Positions 25,399-35,341 of a stretch of DNA of 64,000 nt are shown in pieces (positions within the stretch are counted from its first letter, which is position 1; each line of letters starts with the position of its first letter). The DNA is from a virus, in the IMG/VR virus record IMGVR_UViG_3300033148_006964, positions 32,001-96,000 of that record; one strand, 5' to 3'. Below the pieces are notes generated by a model that worked only from the letters and a program-made list of their open reading frames with translations, did no database searches and was not told the DNA's origin. Made by a program: the position numbers and the translations under genes.

Positions 25399-28300
25399 AT
25401 GTTTAATTTTTATGAGTTTATCAGAAAAAGATGGTCAGAAAATTCTGCCTCAAGTGGCCAAAAGGGAACTGTAGTCGATGAACTTGCTGTTAAACCTACA
25501 GGACTTGTTCTTTCTGATTTTTATAATTCTTTAGTATCTCAGCAAGCTATAAATAATATAACAAACTGGGAAACGATGACTGAAGATTCTATGGATTATT
25601 TTGGAAATAAATTCTTTTATCCTCGTATTGATGGTGATCAAGCTTTTGGTTTTATAAGGATTTATTTTGATAGTAAAAAGGATATACTTATTACTTCAGA
25701 TAGTAGGGCGGTCTCTACGACTGGACTTAGATATTCCGCTATTCAACCAGGTACAATAAGTGGTAATTCATTTAAAATATCTGATGAGAGTTTTGCGTTA
25801 TATTATGTGGACGTTCAAATATTAGCTGCATCTAAAGGTGATGCATATAATATAGATATTGGTGAAATAGTACAACTTGAGGCTGTTGATTTTACATATA
25901 AAGCAGTGACTAATGTTGAAGAAATATCATATGGAACTGTACATGAGACTAATGAAGAATATTTTAATAGATTGAAATATTCTATTTCAGATCGTAGTAT
26001 GATGAATCATCGGAGTATATTTGCAAGACTTCCAGAGTTTTTTCCTGTAATACATTCTATTTATATAGCCGGTCCTGGCGATAGATATATGATCAGAGAT
26101 CTGGTTAGCGCTGTCGATCCTACTGAACCTATACAAGAAACTGATTATCTTGGTAAGATAACTGGTGAAAATATTATAAAAAATATAGGTTTTTATCAGA
26201 TTTTTCCACCAAAAGCTGGAACAGTATTAGCTGATACCTGGGGTCCTTTTACCATACCGACTAATTATCAATATCCATTGACTATCGAAGCGTCTGATAT
26301 AACAAATGCAGATCCTGCTTTTCATGGATACGATTTAAGCCAGGAATGTTCTAACGATATGTATCAAGGTCTTTATTTTGATGATTTTAAAAATTATATG
26401 GAAATAAAAACTGAAGATCTATTTAATATCTTTGATGAAGATGTTGGTTTTACTGATGTTCTCATTCCAGATTCGGATTGGATATATGGAGCTCATGGGG
26501 CTTCGTCTGGAGATTTTGCGACATTATCAGATGGTGTTAAGCCTATTCAAGTTATGAATTTTAATAATAATCAAATAACTCTTGCTGGTGGTGATCTAAG
26601 TTCTATATCAATAAATAAAGATATAAAAAAACGTACTGGCATAAAACTTGAAGGTTCTTTTATATGGCCTGCATATGATCCAGATAATAACGATAAGACT
26701 GTAGATAGCAATTTACAGCTTATGGTAGGTGGTATAAATGAAACATTTGTTGAAGGATATACTGGTTTTGGTTTTGGTATAAGGCTTACTGGAGAATATA
26801 AAGAATCATTAGAAAGTGATCCTACAAAAATAGGACTACCTAATGCTATTATATATTTTGCTCATTCTGAAAAATATGGAGATGGGCAGATATTTGCTAC
26901 TGATTCTGATATTTCCAGCCATATAGGTATAACTGATCTTGGGGCTTTAGCTGAAACCTCATGGAGATTAGAACCTGGTATTGAATATGAATTTGAATTT
27001 GTTCTTCATGATGAGGGAATAACTACAGATCCTGATCAACGTACTTTATATATGACATTATATCTTAAAAAGCTTAGTAATGATAACCCGCTTGATACTA
27101 CAGGAGTCCTTGAAAATAAACTTCAATGGCAATTACCAGCAACTGTTCTTAATGCATTTAAACAAGAAGCATTTAACGCAGATTCTACTCATTATGGAAC
27201 TATGATGAAAGTAACTTTAGATACTGAATCAATCGATCCTGATGATGCATGGTTAATAAATGATCTTAGGGCATTTGATATATCAGAACAACGTGCTACA
27301 GCTCTTTTAGCATTAGATGTAAAAGAACTGGAAAGCCCTGTATCGATCTATTTAAGAGGCTATGGTGAGTCTTCAGTAAGTGATTTGACCTCTAATGGGT
27401 ATTTAGTATATATATGGGATAAGGAACGTACTACGGACGCTACAAGTGATACTGAGTTAACTGCTGGTGGTTGGACATTACTTGATGGTTTGTCTAATCC
27501 TGATGGATCTAAAGATGTATTATCTACATTACCTTCAGAATTGATCCAAAATATAGAAAGATATAAAGTGGATAATAAATATGGTACTAATGTGTTTTTA
27601 TTAATCACTACAAGTGGAACTTCAAAATCACAATATAAGTTCTCAGGAGCAGTACTAAATGATATTCAAGCTGAACTTAGGGTAGATTATGCTAAGATTC
27701 AAAGCGAACTTTCAACAAAGTATCATGCTAATAATAAAGCTGATATTTATGTATCTACATTAAGAAACTCAAAAGACCCTGAACCTGTTACTGTTGTTCT
27801 TGAAAAACAAACTTTAGAGTCATATTTTGAAATGAATTCTGATAATTCAAATGTTCCTGTTGCAGAAATAGTATCAGTAGCAATAGGTTCAACAGAAGAA
27901 GAAACTCAGGTATTGGCCGAAACAGAGTATATAGTGTCATCTGGTAACTCTACTTTTATTGGATCTGCCCAGGAAGTGATTAAAATAACTTTAGATGGGT
28001 ATGATTCAGATGTTATATCTGTAGAATACAGGCCTTATCCTCAAGTTCAAAATATACAAGAATTTTTTGACGGGCCTCAATATCAAAAGATATTTGGAGA
28101 TATTTTAGTAAGACATCAATTTCCATGTGAATTATCTTTTCCTGTAGTATATACTGGCCCGATTGAAGAAGATCAAATGATCGAAGAGATCAAAGGTTAT
28201 GTTGATTCAAATATAAATAGTATTTTTTCGGTTCGTGAGCTTATAAAATATTTATATGACAGCGGATTTGCAAATAGCATTCAAGAACCTATTAATGTAG

Positions 28301-28416
28301 AATATTCTAAATGGAATGATGAATTTAATAAAGATTATGGTGAATTTACTAATAATCTTGAAATCCGTACTGTAGATTTTTTTAAAATAGATGATCTAAC
28401 GGTTAGTAAACTATAA
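25399..28416 (+). CDS. Baseplate J / gp6-like wedge protein with a large internal insertion
   Basis: Motifs AFGFIRIYF, VQILAASKGDAYNIDIGEI, VTNVEEISYGTVHETNEEYFNRL and a C-terminal QNIQEFFD...DILVRHQFP. Confidence 0.75.
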   Translation: MFNFYEFIRKRWSENSASSGQKGTVVDELAVKPTGLVLSDFYNSLVSQQAINNITNWETMTEDSMDYFGNKFFYPRIDGDQAFGFIRIYFDSKKDILITSDSRAVSTTGLRYSAIQPGTISGNSFKISDESFALYYVDVQILAASKGDAYNIDIGEIVQLEAVDFTYKAVTNVEEISYGTVHETNEEYFNRLKYSISDRSMMNHRSIFARLPEFFPVIHSIYIAGPGDRYMIRDLVSAVDPTEPIQETDYLGKITGENIIKNIGFYQIFPPKAGTVLADTWGPFTIPTNYQYPLTIEASDITNADPAFHGYDLSQECSNDMYQGLYFDDFKNYMEIKTEDLFNIFDEDVGFTDVLIPDSDWIYGAHGASSGDFATLSDGVKPIQVMNFNNNQITLAGGDLSSISINKDIKKRTGIKLEGSFIWPAYDPDNNDKTVDSNLQLMVGGINETFVEGYTGFGFGIRLTGEYKESLESDPTKIGLPNAIIYFAHSEKYGDGQIFATDSDISSHIGITDLGALAETSWRLEPGIEYEFEFVLHDEGITTDPDQRTLYMTLYLKKLSNDNPLDTTGVLENKLQWQLPATVLNAFKQEAFNADSTHYGTMMKVTLDTESIDPDDAWLINDLRAFDISEQRATALLALDVKELESPVSIYLRGYGESSVSDLTSNGYLVYIWDKERTTDATSDTELTAGGWTLLDGLSNPDGSKDVLSTLPSELIQNIERYKVDNKYGTNVFLLITTSGTSKSQYKFSGAVLNDIQAELRVDYAKIQSELSTKYHANNKADIYVSTLRNSKDPEPVTVVLEKQTLESYFEMNSDNSNVPVAEIVSVAIGSTEEETQVLAETEYIVSSGNSTFIGSAQEVIKITLDGYDSDVISVEYRPYPQVQNIQEFFDGPQYQKIFGDILVRHQFPCELSFPVVYTGPIEEDQMIEEIKGYVDSNINSIFSVRELIKYLYDSGFANSIQEPINVEYSKWNDEFNKDYGEFTNNLEIRTVDFFKIDDLTVSKL

Positions 28417-28441
28417 TTATTAATAGAAAGGCAGGGAAAAG

Positions 28442-28708
28442 ATGGCTATAACGATACTAGTAAATGAACAGAGGGAAGAAATAATAACACCGGCTTATAC
28501 ATCAAGACCTCGTAATAAGACTATGAGAATAACTGTTAAAGATGGTGATACTGTTGAACAGATCGTAAAAGTCAATGGTAGTGAAGTAGAAGCATTAAAG
28601 CATGTTGTTGATGGTAAGTCAGTAGAAGGTAAGAAAATAACAGCATTAGGTACTTTAGATTTTGTAGATGAAAATGATGTTGATGCAGTATCTATAGAAG
28701 AAAAATAA
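28442..28708 (+). CDS. Hypothetical protein
   Basis: 88 aa ORF in the + strand virion operon. Confidence 0.6.
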   Translation: MAITILVNEQREEIITPAYTSRPRNKTMRITVKDGDTVEQIVKVNGSEVEALKHVVDGKSVEGKKITALGTLDFVDENDVDAVSIEEK

Positions 28709-28722
28709 TTTAAGGAGTTATA

Positions 28723-31700
28723 GTGGCAGCGATTACTTGGGAAGGTGATGAAAGTACTAACTGGGAGACGGGTGGTAATTGGTCAGGTGGTGTTAAACCG
28801 ACTAACGCTGATGACGTAACCTTAGATGGAACAGCAAGTGATAGTTGTGTATTAAATGCCGCTTCTGTTTGTAAAACCCTTACTATAACTAATGCTTATG
28901 CAGATAGCTTTGATACTAATGGTCAGCCTTTGACTGTTTCAGGATCATGTTCGTTGGAATCTGATGGTACAGGAGACCTTACTATTGATGCGTTAGTTAC
29001 TGTTGATGCTGATGGTACGTTTAAAATAGGAACTTGGAATTCAGTTGATTGTTCAGCAGGAAGTTTAGACTTACAGGGTGACGGGGACTTTGATAATAGC
29101 TCAGGCGGAAATATTACATGGAAAAAAATCTCAGGTGCGGCTGCTGGTAAGAAAACTAATCAAACAGGATCAAATCATTGGTTATGCCAACAATATACTG
29201 GTGGAGCTGGTGAGCATGACGTTAATACAAAATATCTTTACGTTAACCCCACTGGTGCTAATGATATTGTTTTGCATGCAGATCATAATTTTACTGGAAC
29301 AGGCCGTTTGTTTATAAAAATAAACGCTGCAATAACTTTATTGTTACCTAAAATCAACGCTACCTTTCGTTTAGTAATGGGTCAAAATAATGATAATGTA
29401 TGTGGAATACAATGTCAAGGGAATATTTTTTCCGGACAACTGATTATTTTAAAAGAACAAGCTTCTAATTTTACCGTTGATTTTAATAACCAAAATGTAA
29501 CTGCGTCAAATCTTTATTTTGGAAATCAAAATGTTGGTGGTACTTTCACTTTTAATTGGGGTGATGGTACACATGATTTTAGCAGTTTTATAGAAAGTAC
29601 AACATATAACGCAGGTGTAACTACTTGTAATTTTGAAGGCTCAACAATTACTTGTGCAGGAGATTTAGCCCTGGGAACTAATACTACCCCCGATGCTGGA
29701 ACTTCATCATTTACGTTTGATGGAGGAGCTCAACTGGTTACTCTTGAGGGGCAGTCTTTATATACAGTAATCCAAGATAATACTTCTTTAACTCTGCAGG
29801 ATGCTTTTGCTTGTAATTCTTTAACAGTTAATGGCAGCAGTGATCTTGATTTTAATAGCCAAACAGTAAATTGTGCAGCAGGATTTGTTTGGAATTCTTC
29901 AGGAGTGCTTACGGCGGATGCAGCATTAACTTTGTCTGGAAACAGTGACCTTACTGCTGATGGCGAAACTTTAAGTAGATTAATTATAACTAACAATCCT
30001 ACCATTACGTGGAACGCAGCAGGGACGATAGCTGTAACTAATTATACTAATGGAGATTGGGATGGGGCAACCTTTGTTTCATCAACTCCAGATACTGCCT
30101 ATACAATAACTAACCCGGCTGCAATGGCTGTTAGTGATATGACTGTCACTGATTCAACGGCGACAGAACGAATAGATGCTACAGATAATTGTGTAGATGG
30201 TGGTGGAAATACATTATGGGATTTTGATGTATCAAGTTCTTCTAGTTCTTTAAATAGTTCTTCAAGTTCTTATAGTTCTTCAAGTTCTTATAGTTCTTCT
30301 AGTTCTGAAAGTTCTTCAAGCTCATTGGGACATTCTAGTTCTTCTAGCTCTTCAAGCTCTTCAAGTTCTCAGAGTTCTTCAAGTAGCTCTCAAAGTTCCC
30401 CAAGCTCTTCAAGTTCTCAAAGCTCTTCAAGTTCAGAAGGTTTTTGTCCTCGTCAATTTGGTGGTAATTGGCAACGTAAGATCTGGTACGATGGAACTTT
30501 TACATGGAGAGGTAGATTAGATAGGGTTAATGATAGATTAATGTTTGAATATACAGATGATTATGAAGCAGATAATTGGATTGAAAATGTAAATGCCAGG
30601 ATAGATGCTTCTGGATTTTCAGGTGTAGATGCGGATTTTACAGTAAGAGGTAATACTGCTGGTGGTGGTTTGCCTACAACTATTCATTACGGCACTGGCC
30701 ATCGTACTTATATAGCAGAAAGCGATGAAGCTACAGCAGTTGGTTGGGCATGGGAAAATACTACTGTTGTATTTGATGCTGAAGAATCTTCTAGTTCCAG
30801 TTATTATTCTGAAAGTAATAGTAACCCTGGCGATACATATCAAAGGGTTAATTTAGCGGCTAATAGAGACACAGGGGCAGTTAAACTTTGGGCTACTGCC
30901 GTTTATGATGATGGAACTAATATATGGGTAAAAGCTAAAAAACAAACGGCTTCTTTAGATATAACTGGATGGAATGCTTCTGTAGATGTCAGTGATAATA
31001 CAAACACTTCAATGATATATGGTCAATCTGTAAGATCTATTGGCGAAGGTGGTGCACTTAAAAAGGATATGATATTTGGTTGGAAAGAAGGTGACGCTTT
31101 ATATTCAAGATTTAGTGATAACGATGCTTTTGAAGCTATTCAAACAATAGACCTAACAGTATTTTCAGGCAAATCGGCATTTGATTTTGAACATGGTTTA
31201 ATTGGGGACGTCAAACTTATTCAAATTATATATGCGGATGCTGATGAAACAGTAAAATGGAAAAAAAGAGGAGACGGAGATGCTGATGCCTGGTCAGCAG
31301 CTTTAACTTTATGTGATGATTGTGAAGGCACAAAAGGATTAGCAATAGTAGAACATGGTGATGCTCATTTTGATATGTTATGGAGTGAAAATGATGTAAT
31401 TGAATATCGACAATATGATTGGATTGAAGATACCTGGTCTCCAATTTTAGCAAATGACCCATATATATTTGATACATCTACTGAAGCAGTAGTTAATACT
31501 ACAACAGTATCTCAAGTTCAAACTGCTGATTATATGTCAGCTGGTACAAATGCTATTACATGTTGGATAGGTCAAATAGGAGATGTATATTGTCAAATTG
31601 GTTGGGGAGTTTTTGAAGAGGCTGTATCTTCAAGTTCAAGTTTAAGTTCTTCCAGTTCTTTAAATTCTTCAAGCTCTTCAAGTTCTTCCAGTTCTTCTAA

Positions 31701-34700
31701 TTCTTCAAGTTCTCAGAGTTCTTCAAGTTCTCAAAGTTCTTCCAGCTCTGAGAGTTCTTCAAGTTCTTTAAATAGTTCTTCCAGTTCCGAGAGTTCTTCA
31801 AGCTCTTTAAGTTCTTCAAGTTCTCAGAGCTCTTCAAGTACCTCTTCGAGTTCTCAAAGTTCCTCTAGTTCTCAAAGCTCTTCAAGCACTTCTTCAAGTT
31901 CTCAGAGTTCTTCAAGCCTTTCCAGCTCTTCAAGTTCTCAAAGCTCTTCAAGCTCTCAAAGTTCTTCAAGTTCAAAGAGTTCTTCAAGTTCTTTAAATAG
32001 CTCTTCAAGCTCTAACAGTTCTTCAAGCTCTCAAAGCTCTTCAAGCTCTGAGAGTTCTTCAAGTTCTTTAAATAGCTCTTCAAGTTCTAAAAGTTCTTCT
32101 AGTTCTTTTAGTTCTTCCAGTTCTCATTCTTCAAGTTCAAGCTCATCTAGCTCTCAGAGTTCTTCAAGTCCATCCAGTTCTCAAAGCTCTTCGAGTTCTT
32201 CAAGTCTTTCTAGTTCCTCAAGTTCTCAGAGTTCTTCAAGCTCTCAGAGTTCTTCGAGCTCTTCAAGTCTTTCTAGTTCCTCAAGTTCTTTAAGCTCTGA
32301 GAGTTCATCCAGTTCTCAAAGTTCTTCGAGTTCTTCTAGTTTTTCAAGTTCTTCAAGTTCTTCAAGTTCTTCAAGTTCTCAAAGTTCTTCAAGCTCTTCA
32401 AGTTTTTCAAGTTCAAGTTCTCAATCTTCTAGTTCTCAGAGTTCTTCCAGTTCAAGTTCTTCAAGTTCTAGTTATTCCAGTTCAAGTTCTTCAAGTTTAA
32501 ACTCCTCAAGTTCGTCAAGTTCTTCAAGTTCGAGTAGTTCTGGATTTGATCCTAATGCACCAATTAGGCCAGATCCTCAAGAAGTTATAGACATTGAACC
32601 ATGCCAGGAAGACGAAATAGTTACAGAAGGATTTTGGGATTATTTGACTACATTTTGGAATTATCTTGATAATTATAGTCGTGATCTTTTTGAAACATAT
32701 TGGGACGGACTTGTTAAAGCTGGTGGTTCAATGGTTAAAAAAGCTACTAGATTTTTTAATGCAACTGCTCCTGAAAATTCCGATACTTGCATTTTAGAGT
32801 CTTATTACGATTTACAGGTAGGACCATTATATTCAAAACCTTTAAATTTAGATCCTACTTTAATTGAACCGACATATAACATAGATCCAATAGGGACTTT
32901 GATCGTAGAACCTACATATTCAAATAATGAACCTGTTTATAGAGATCTTATAGAGATCTCGGCAGTTGATTATTATGCTATAAGAGAAGTCGGTCTTGAA
33001 TGTTATGTAGTTATTACTGATGATAATAATGAATTACCTGTTAAATATTTTAAAATTAATAATTTACTTTCATCGGAAGAGTCTAATGATAGGGCAGCTT
33101 TTGCAATTGCTAATGAAGATATCAATACAGATGCTACCAGACTATTAGTCGGCAGGATAGGCATAACAAGTATTAGAGCTTCTCTTGATGTAACTGAATA
33201 TACAGTTGAATTTAAATCTGGAACTTTAAAAGTAAATTGGGATAATGTTCATGGAACTCTTATAATAGCTTCTTCAGATACAGATACTATTGATGATATA
33301 ATAAATATCACTCCATCTGGAACTCCATGGGGTACGCTTACAAATATGTCACCAAAAAATAAAGTTCAAGCACCAGTATTTGATACAATAGAATTTGACT
33401 TATTACCAGGTTATTCTCAAGCAGAGCCTGCAAATGATAGGTATTATCCTAAATTAGGCAAAGTATGGCAATGGTATGATGGTTATTCTTCTAACGATGG
33501 AACAATAGGAGATTTAAGCTTTGGAAGATGGATTGATTCTTTTTCAAAATATAAATATATGATAGAAGTAAAAGGAAGTCTGACATATCTTGGTATAAAT
33601 TCTTTTTCAATATATTTAACAACGGGACGCGCTTATGACATTGACAAAGAAGTCTTGAGTTTAGATATATTACAAAATCATATTGTCCCTGGTGATGGAA
33701 CTGTATTTACTAATAATATAGATTTTACTTTTTATAATCATATAGTTGAGTTTAATACTGATCCTTTTGAATCAAATCAAATTAAATTTAATGATTTTTT
33801 ATATGGATATCAGGTTCCTGTTATAGAAAAAAACTTATATGATATGTATGGAACTTTAGTTGGAATATCAGATTGGACAGAATATAATTATAATAATTGG
33901 TCTGGGAAAGCAGCTATTAATGCATTATTAAAATCATTGCAGGAAGTTAGTAATAGTACCGAATACGAAAGAGCTTTAAATGTTTATTATGGACTTCCTA
34001 TTTCACCTGAAGATGGAAATATAGTAGGTTTGTATGAATCTTACGAATATGAAGTAACTGATATCAGTATTAATAAAATTACTTTAAGTATTCCTACAGA
34101 TGGGCTTCCAGATGAAGACGATCTAAGTAAGTTAATACAACCTGGTACATGGCTTATGTGTGAAGGTAAAAAAGAAGTTATAGTCTCTACTATTAATAAT
34201 AGAGAACTTGGCATCATTACATTAGAAGACGCATCTACTTTAGAGGTCGGTGATAAACTTCATATAAAACTTGTAAATAAATATATGATTAAAAGGCTTG
34301 TAGGAGAAAATAAAACTTTAGGAACACCTGGATATATAGATATATACTCATTTGAAGATGAAGGTGGAATAAGTAATTTAATCGATATTACTCAAACTAT
34401 ATCAGATGGTAAAAGATATCCTGAAATCATAGTATATGGTACTAAAGATCTTACCGAGGATTATGATGGAACATATCATATAACAAATGCAACTTTAATT
34501 AATACAACTGGTAATACCAGAGAGATTCAACTTACTGTTTATTTTAAAGACGAAGCTGAAGAACCATTGTATAATGATTATATAGGTTCTAATTCAGGAA
34601 TATTAGATAGTGGATATGTTCATATTTCCTGGCCTACTCATAAGTTTTTATACCTACTTCTTAATAGAGAAAAGTATTTTAAAGCATATATAGACGCTCC

Positions 34701-34923
34701 GATAGATACGATTTATAGCACTGGTGATGAAATAGAGAAATATGCTATAATAGCAAGAAACGCATCTATTGTAAATAGCACTATATTTCCTGGTTGGAAT
34801 CAATTTAATTTATTTAGGAAGCAAAATGGTATAAATGTTGAGTCTGATATATTACAATTGATTAGTTCTATGCCTAACGCTGAATTTGGTAAATATTTTC
34901 CAACTGATGCTGTATCTGTTTAA
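28723..34923 (+). CDS. Giant modular virion protein: beta-helix/adhesin-like N-terminus, propeller-like middle, poly-Ser linkers and a putative baseplate-wedge C-terminal part
   Basis: 2066 aa with a GTG start after AAGGAG. N-terminus AAITWEGDESTNWETGGNWSGGVKP; after the 305-codon Ser tract comes EGFWDYLTTFWNYLDNYSRDLFETYWDG. Confidence 0.7.
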   Translation: MAAITWEGDESTNWETGGNWSGGVKPTNADDVTLDGTASDSCVLNAASVCKTLTITNAYADSFDTNGQPLTVSGSCSLESDGTGDLTIDALVTVDADGTFKIGTWNSVDCSAGSLDLQGDGDFDNSSGGNITWKKISGAAAGKKTNQTGSNHWLCQQYTGGAGEHDVNTKYLYVNPTGANDIVLHADHNFTGTGRLFIKINAAITLLLPKINATFRLVMGQNNDNVCGIQCQGNIFSGQLIILKEQASNFTVDFNNQNVTASNLYFGNQNVGGTFTFNWGDGTHDFSSFIESTTYNAGVTTCNFEGSTITCAGDLALGTNTTPDAGTSSFTFDGGAQLVTLEGQSLYTVIQDNTSLTLQDAFACNSLTVNGSSDLDFNSQTVNCAAGFVWNSSGVLTADAALTLSGNSDLTADGETLSRLIITNNPTITWNAAGTIAVTNYTNGDWDGATFVSSTPDTAYTITNPAAMAVSDMTVTDSTATERIDATDNCVDGGGNTLWDFDVSSSSSSLNSSSSSYSSSSSYSSSSSESSSSSLGHSSSSSSSSSSSSQSSSSSSQSSPSSSSSQSSSSSEGFCPRQFGGNWQRKIWYDGTFTWRGRLDRVNDRLMFEYTDDYEADNWIENVNARIDASGFSGVDADFTVRGNTAGGGLPTTIHYGTGHRTYIAESDEATAVGWAWENTTVVFDAEESSSSSYYSESNSNPGDTYQRVNLAANRDTGAVKLWATAVYDDGTNIWVKAKKQTASLDITGWNASVDVSDNTNTSMIYGQSVRSIGEGGALKKDMIFGWKEGDALYSRFSDNDAFEAIQTIDLTVFSGKSAFDFEHGLIGDVKLIQIIYADADETVKWKKRGDGDADAWSAALTLCDDCEGTKGLAIVEHGDAHFDMLWSENDVIEYRQYDWIEDTWSPILANDPYIFDTSTEAVVNTTTVSQVQTADYMSAGTNAITCWIGQIGDVYCQIGWGVFEEAVSSSSSLSSSSSLNSSSSSSSSSSSNSSSSQSSSSSQSSSSSESSSSSLNSSSSSESSSSSLSSSSSQSSSSTSSSSQSSSSSQSSSSTSSSSQSSSSLSSSSSSQSSSSSQSSSSSKSSSSSLNSSSSSNSSSSSQSSSSSESSSSSLNSSSSSKSSSSSFSSSSSHSSSSSSSSSQSSSSPSSSQSSSSSSSLSSSSSSQSSSSSQSSSSSSSLSSSSSSLSSESSSSSQSSSSSSSFSSSSSSSSSSSSQSSSSSSSFSSSSSQSSSSQSSSSSSSSSSSYSSSSSSSLNSSSSSSSSSSSSSGFDPNAPIRPDPQEVIDIEPCQEDEIVTEGFWDYLTTFWNYLDNYSRDLFETYWDGLVKAGGSMVKKATRFFNATAPENSDTCILESYYDLQVGPLYSKPLNLDPTLIEPTYNIDPIGTLIVEPTYSNNEPVYRDLIEISAVDYYAIREVGLECYVVITDDNNELPVKYFKINNLLSSEESNDRAAFAIANEDINTDATRLLVGRIGITSIRASLDVTEYTVEFKSGTLKVNWDNVHGTLIIASSDTDTIDDIINITPSGTPWGTLTNMSPKNKVQAPVFDTIEFDLLPGYSQAEPANDRYYPKLGKVWQWYDGYSSNDGTIGDLSFGRWIDSFSKYKYMIEVKGSLTYLGINSFSIYLTTGRAYDIDKEVLSLDILQNHIVPGDGTVFTNNIDFTFYNHIVEFNTDPFESNQIKFNDFLYGYQVPVIEKNLYDMYGTLVGISDWTEYNYNNWSGKAAINALLKSLQEVSNSTEYERALNVYYGLPISPEDGNIVGLYESYEYEVTDISINKITLSIPTDGLPDEDDLSKLIQPGTWLMCEGKKEVIVSTINNRELGIITLEDASTLEVGDKLHIKLVNKYMIKRLVGENKTLGTPGYIDIYSFEDEGGISNLIDITQTISDGKRYPEIIVYGTKDLTEDYDGTYHITNATLINTTGNTREIQLTVYFKDEAEEPLYNDYIGSNSGILDSGYVHISWPTHKFLYLLLNREKYFKAYIDAPIDTIYSTGDEIEKYAIIARNASIVNSTIFPGWNQFNLFRKQNGINVESDILQLISSMPNAEFGKYFPTDAVSV
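30232..30435 (+). repeat. Poly-serine tract 2 (68 codons)
   Basis: Degenerate TCTTCAAGT units. Confidence 0.95.
31627..32541 (+). repeat. Poly-serine tract 3 (305 codons, the longest)
   Basis: Degenerate TCTTCAAGT units punctuated by Q, L-N, E, K and F codons. Confidence 0.97.
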
Positions 34924-34936
34924 AGAGGATTAAAAA

Positions 34937-35326
34937 ATGAAAATACCAGATAGTTTAAGAGCAGCTATGCTTAATGTTATTAAAAATGATATATTAGCCG
35001 GTACAAAAAAAATACAATTTTATGATGATTCTGCCGTAAAGTTAGCTGAATTTGATTTTTTAGCTATAGATACTTTTACTGCTGAACAAACATATCTATT
35101 AATTAAAAGATTAACGACTTCAACTAATTCAGATCTTATAAGCGCCGTAGATACGAGTGGTACTGTAACTAATTTTATAATACCTACAAATGCTTATGGT
35201 AATATAACAGGTACAGTAGGTGCTATCGGTACATCGACCGATATTCAATTTACAAGTACTACTTGGGTCGCTGATGCCGTTATTAGGATTAGTAATATTA
35301 AAATGATTCTTGAACAAGGATCGTGA
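34937..35326 (+). CDS. Small virion structural protein (putative)
   Basis: 129 aa, beta-rich, between the baseplate and fibre genes. Confidence 0.55.
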   Translation: MKIPDSLRAAMLNVIKNDILAGTKKIQFYDDSAVKLAEFDFLAIDTFTAEQTYLLIKRLTTSTNSDLISAVDTSGTVTNFIIPTNAYGNITGTVGAIGTSTDIQFTSTTWVADAVIRISNIKMILEQGS

Positions 35327-35341
35327 AATTAGGAGTGAATT

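Noticed and set aside
31627-32541. Antisense EEL/LKN repeat ORFs over the Ser tracts (including track ORF 41404..41643)
   Set aside because: These are by-products of TCTTCAAGT repeats. The EEL frame is broken by TGA wherever TCT-CAA/CAG (Ser-Gln) occurs, so it is not maintained.
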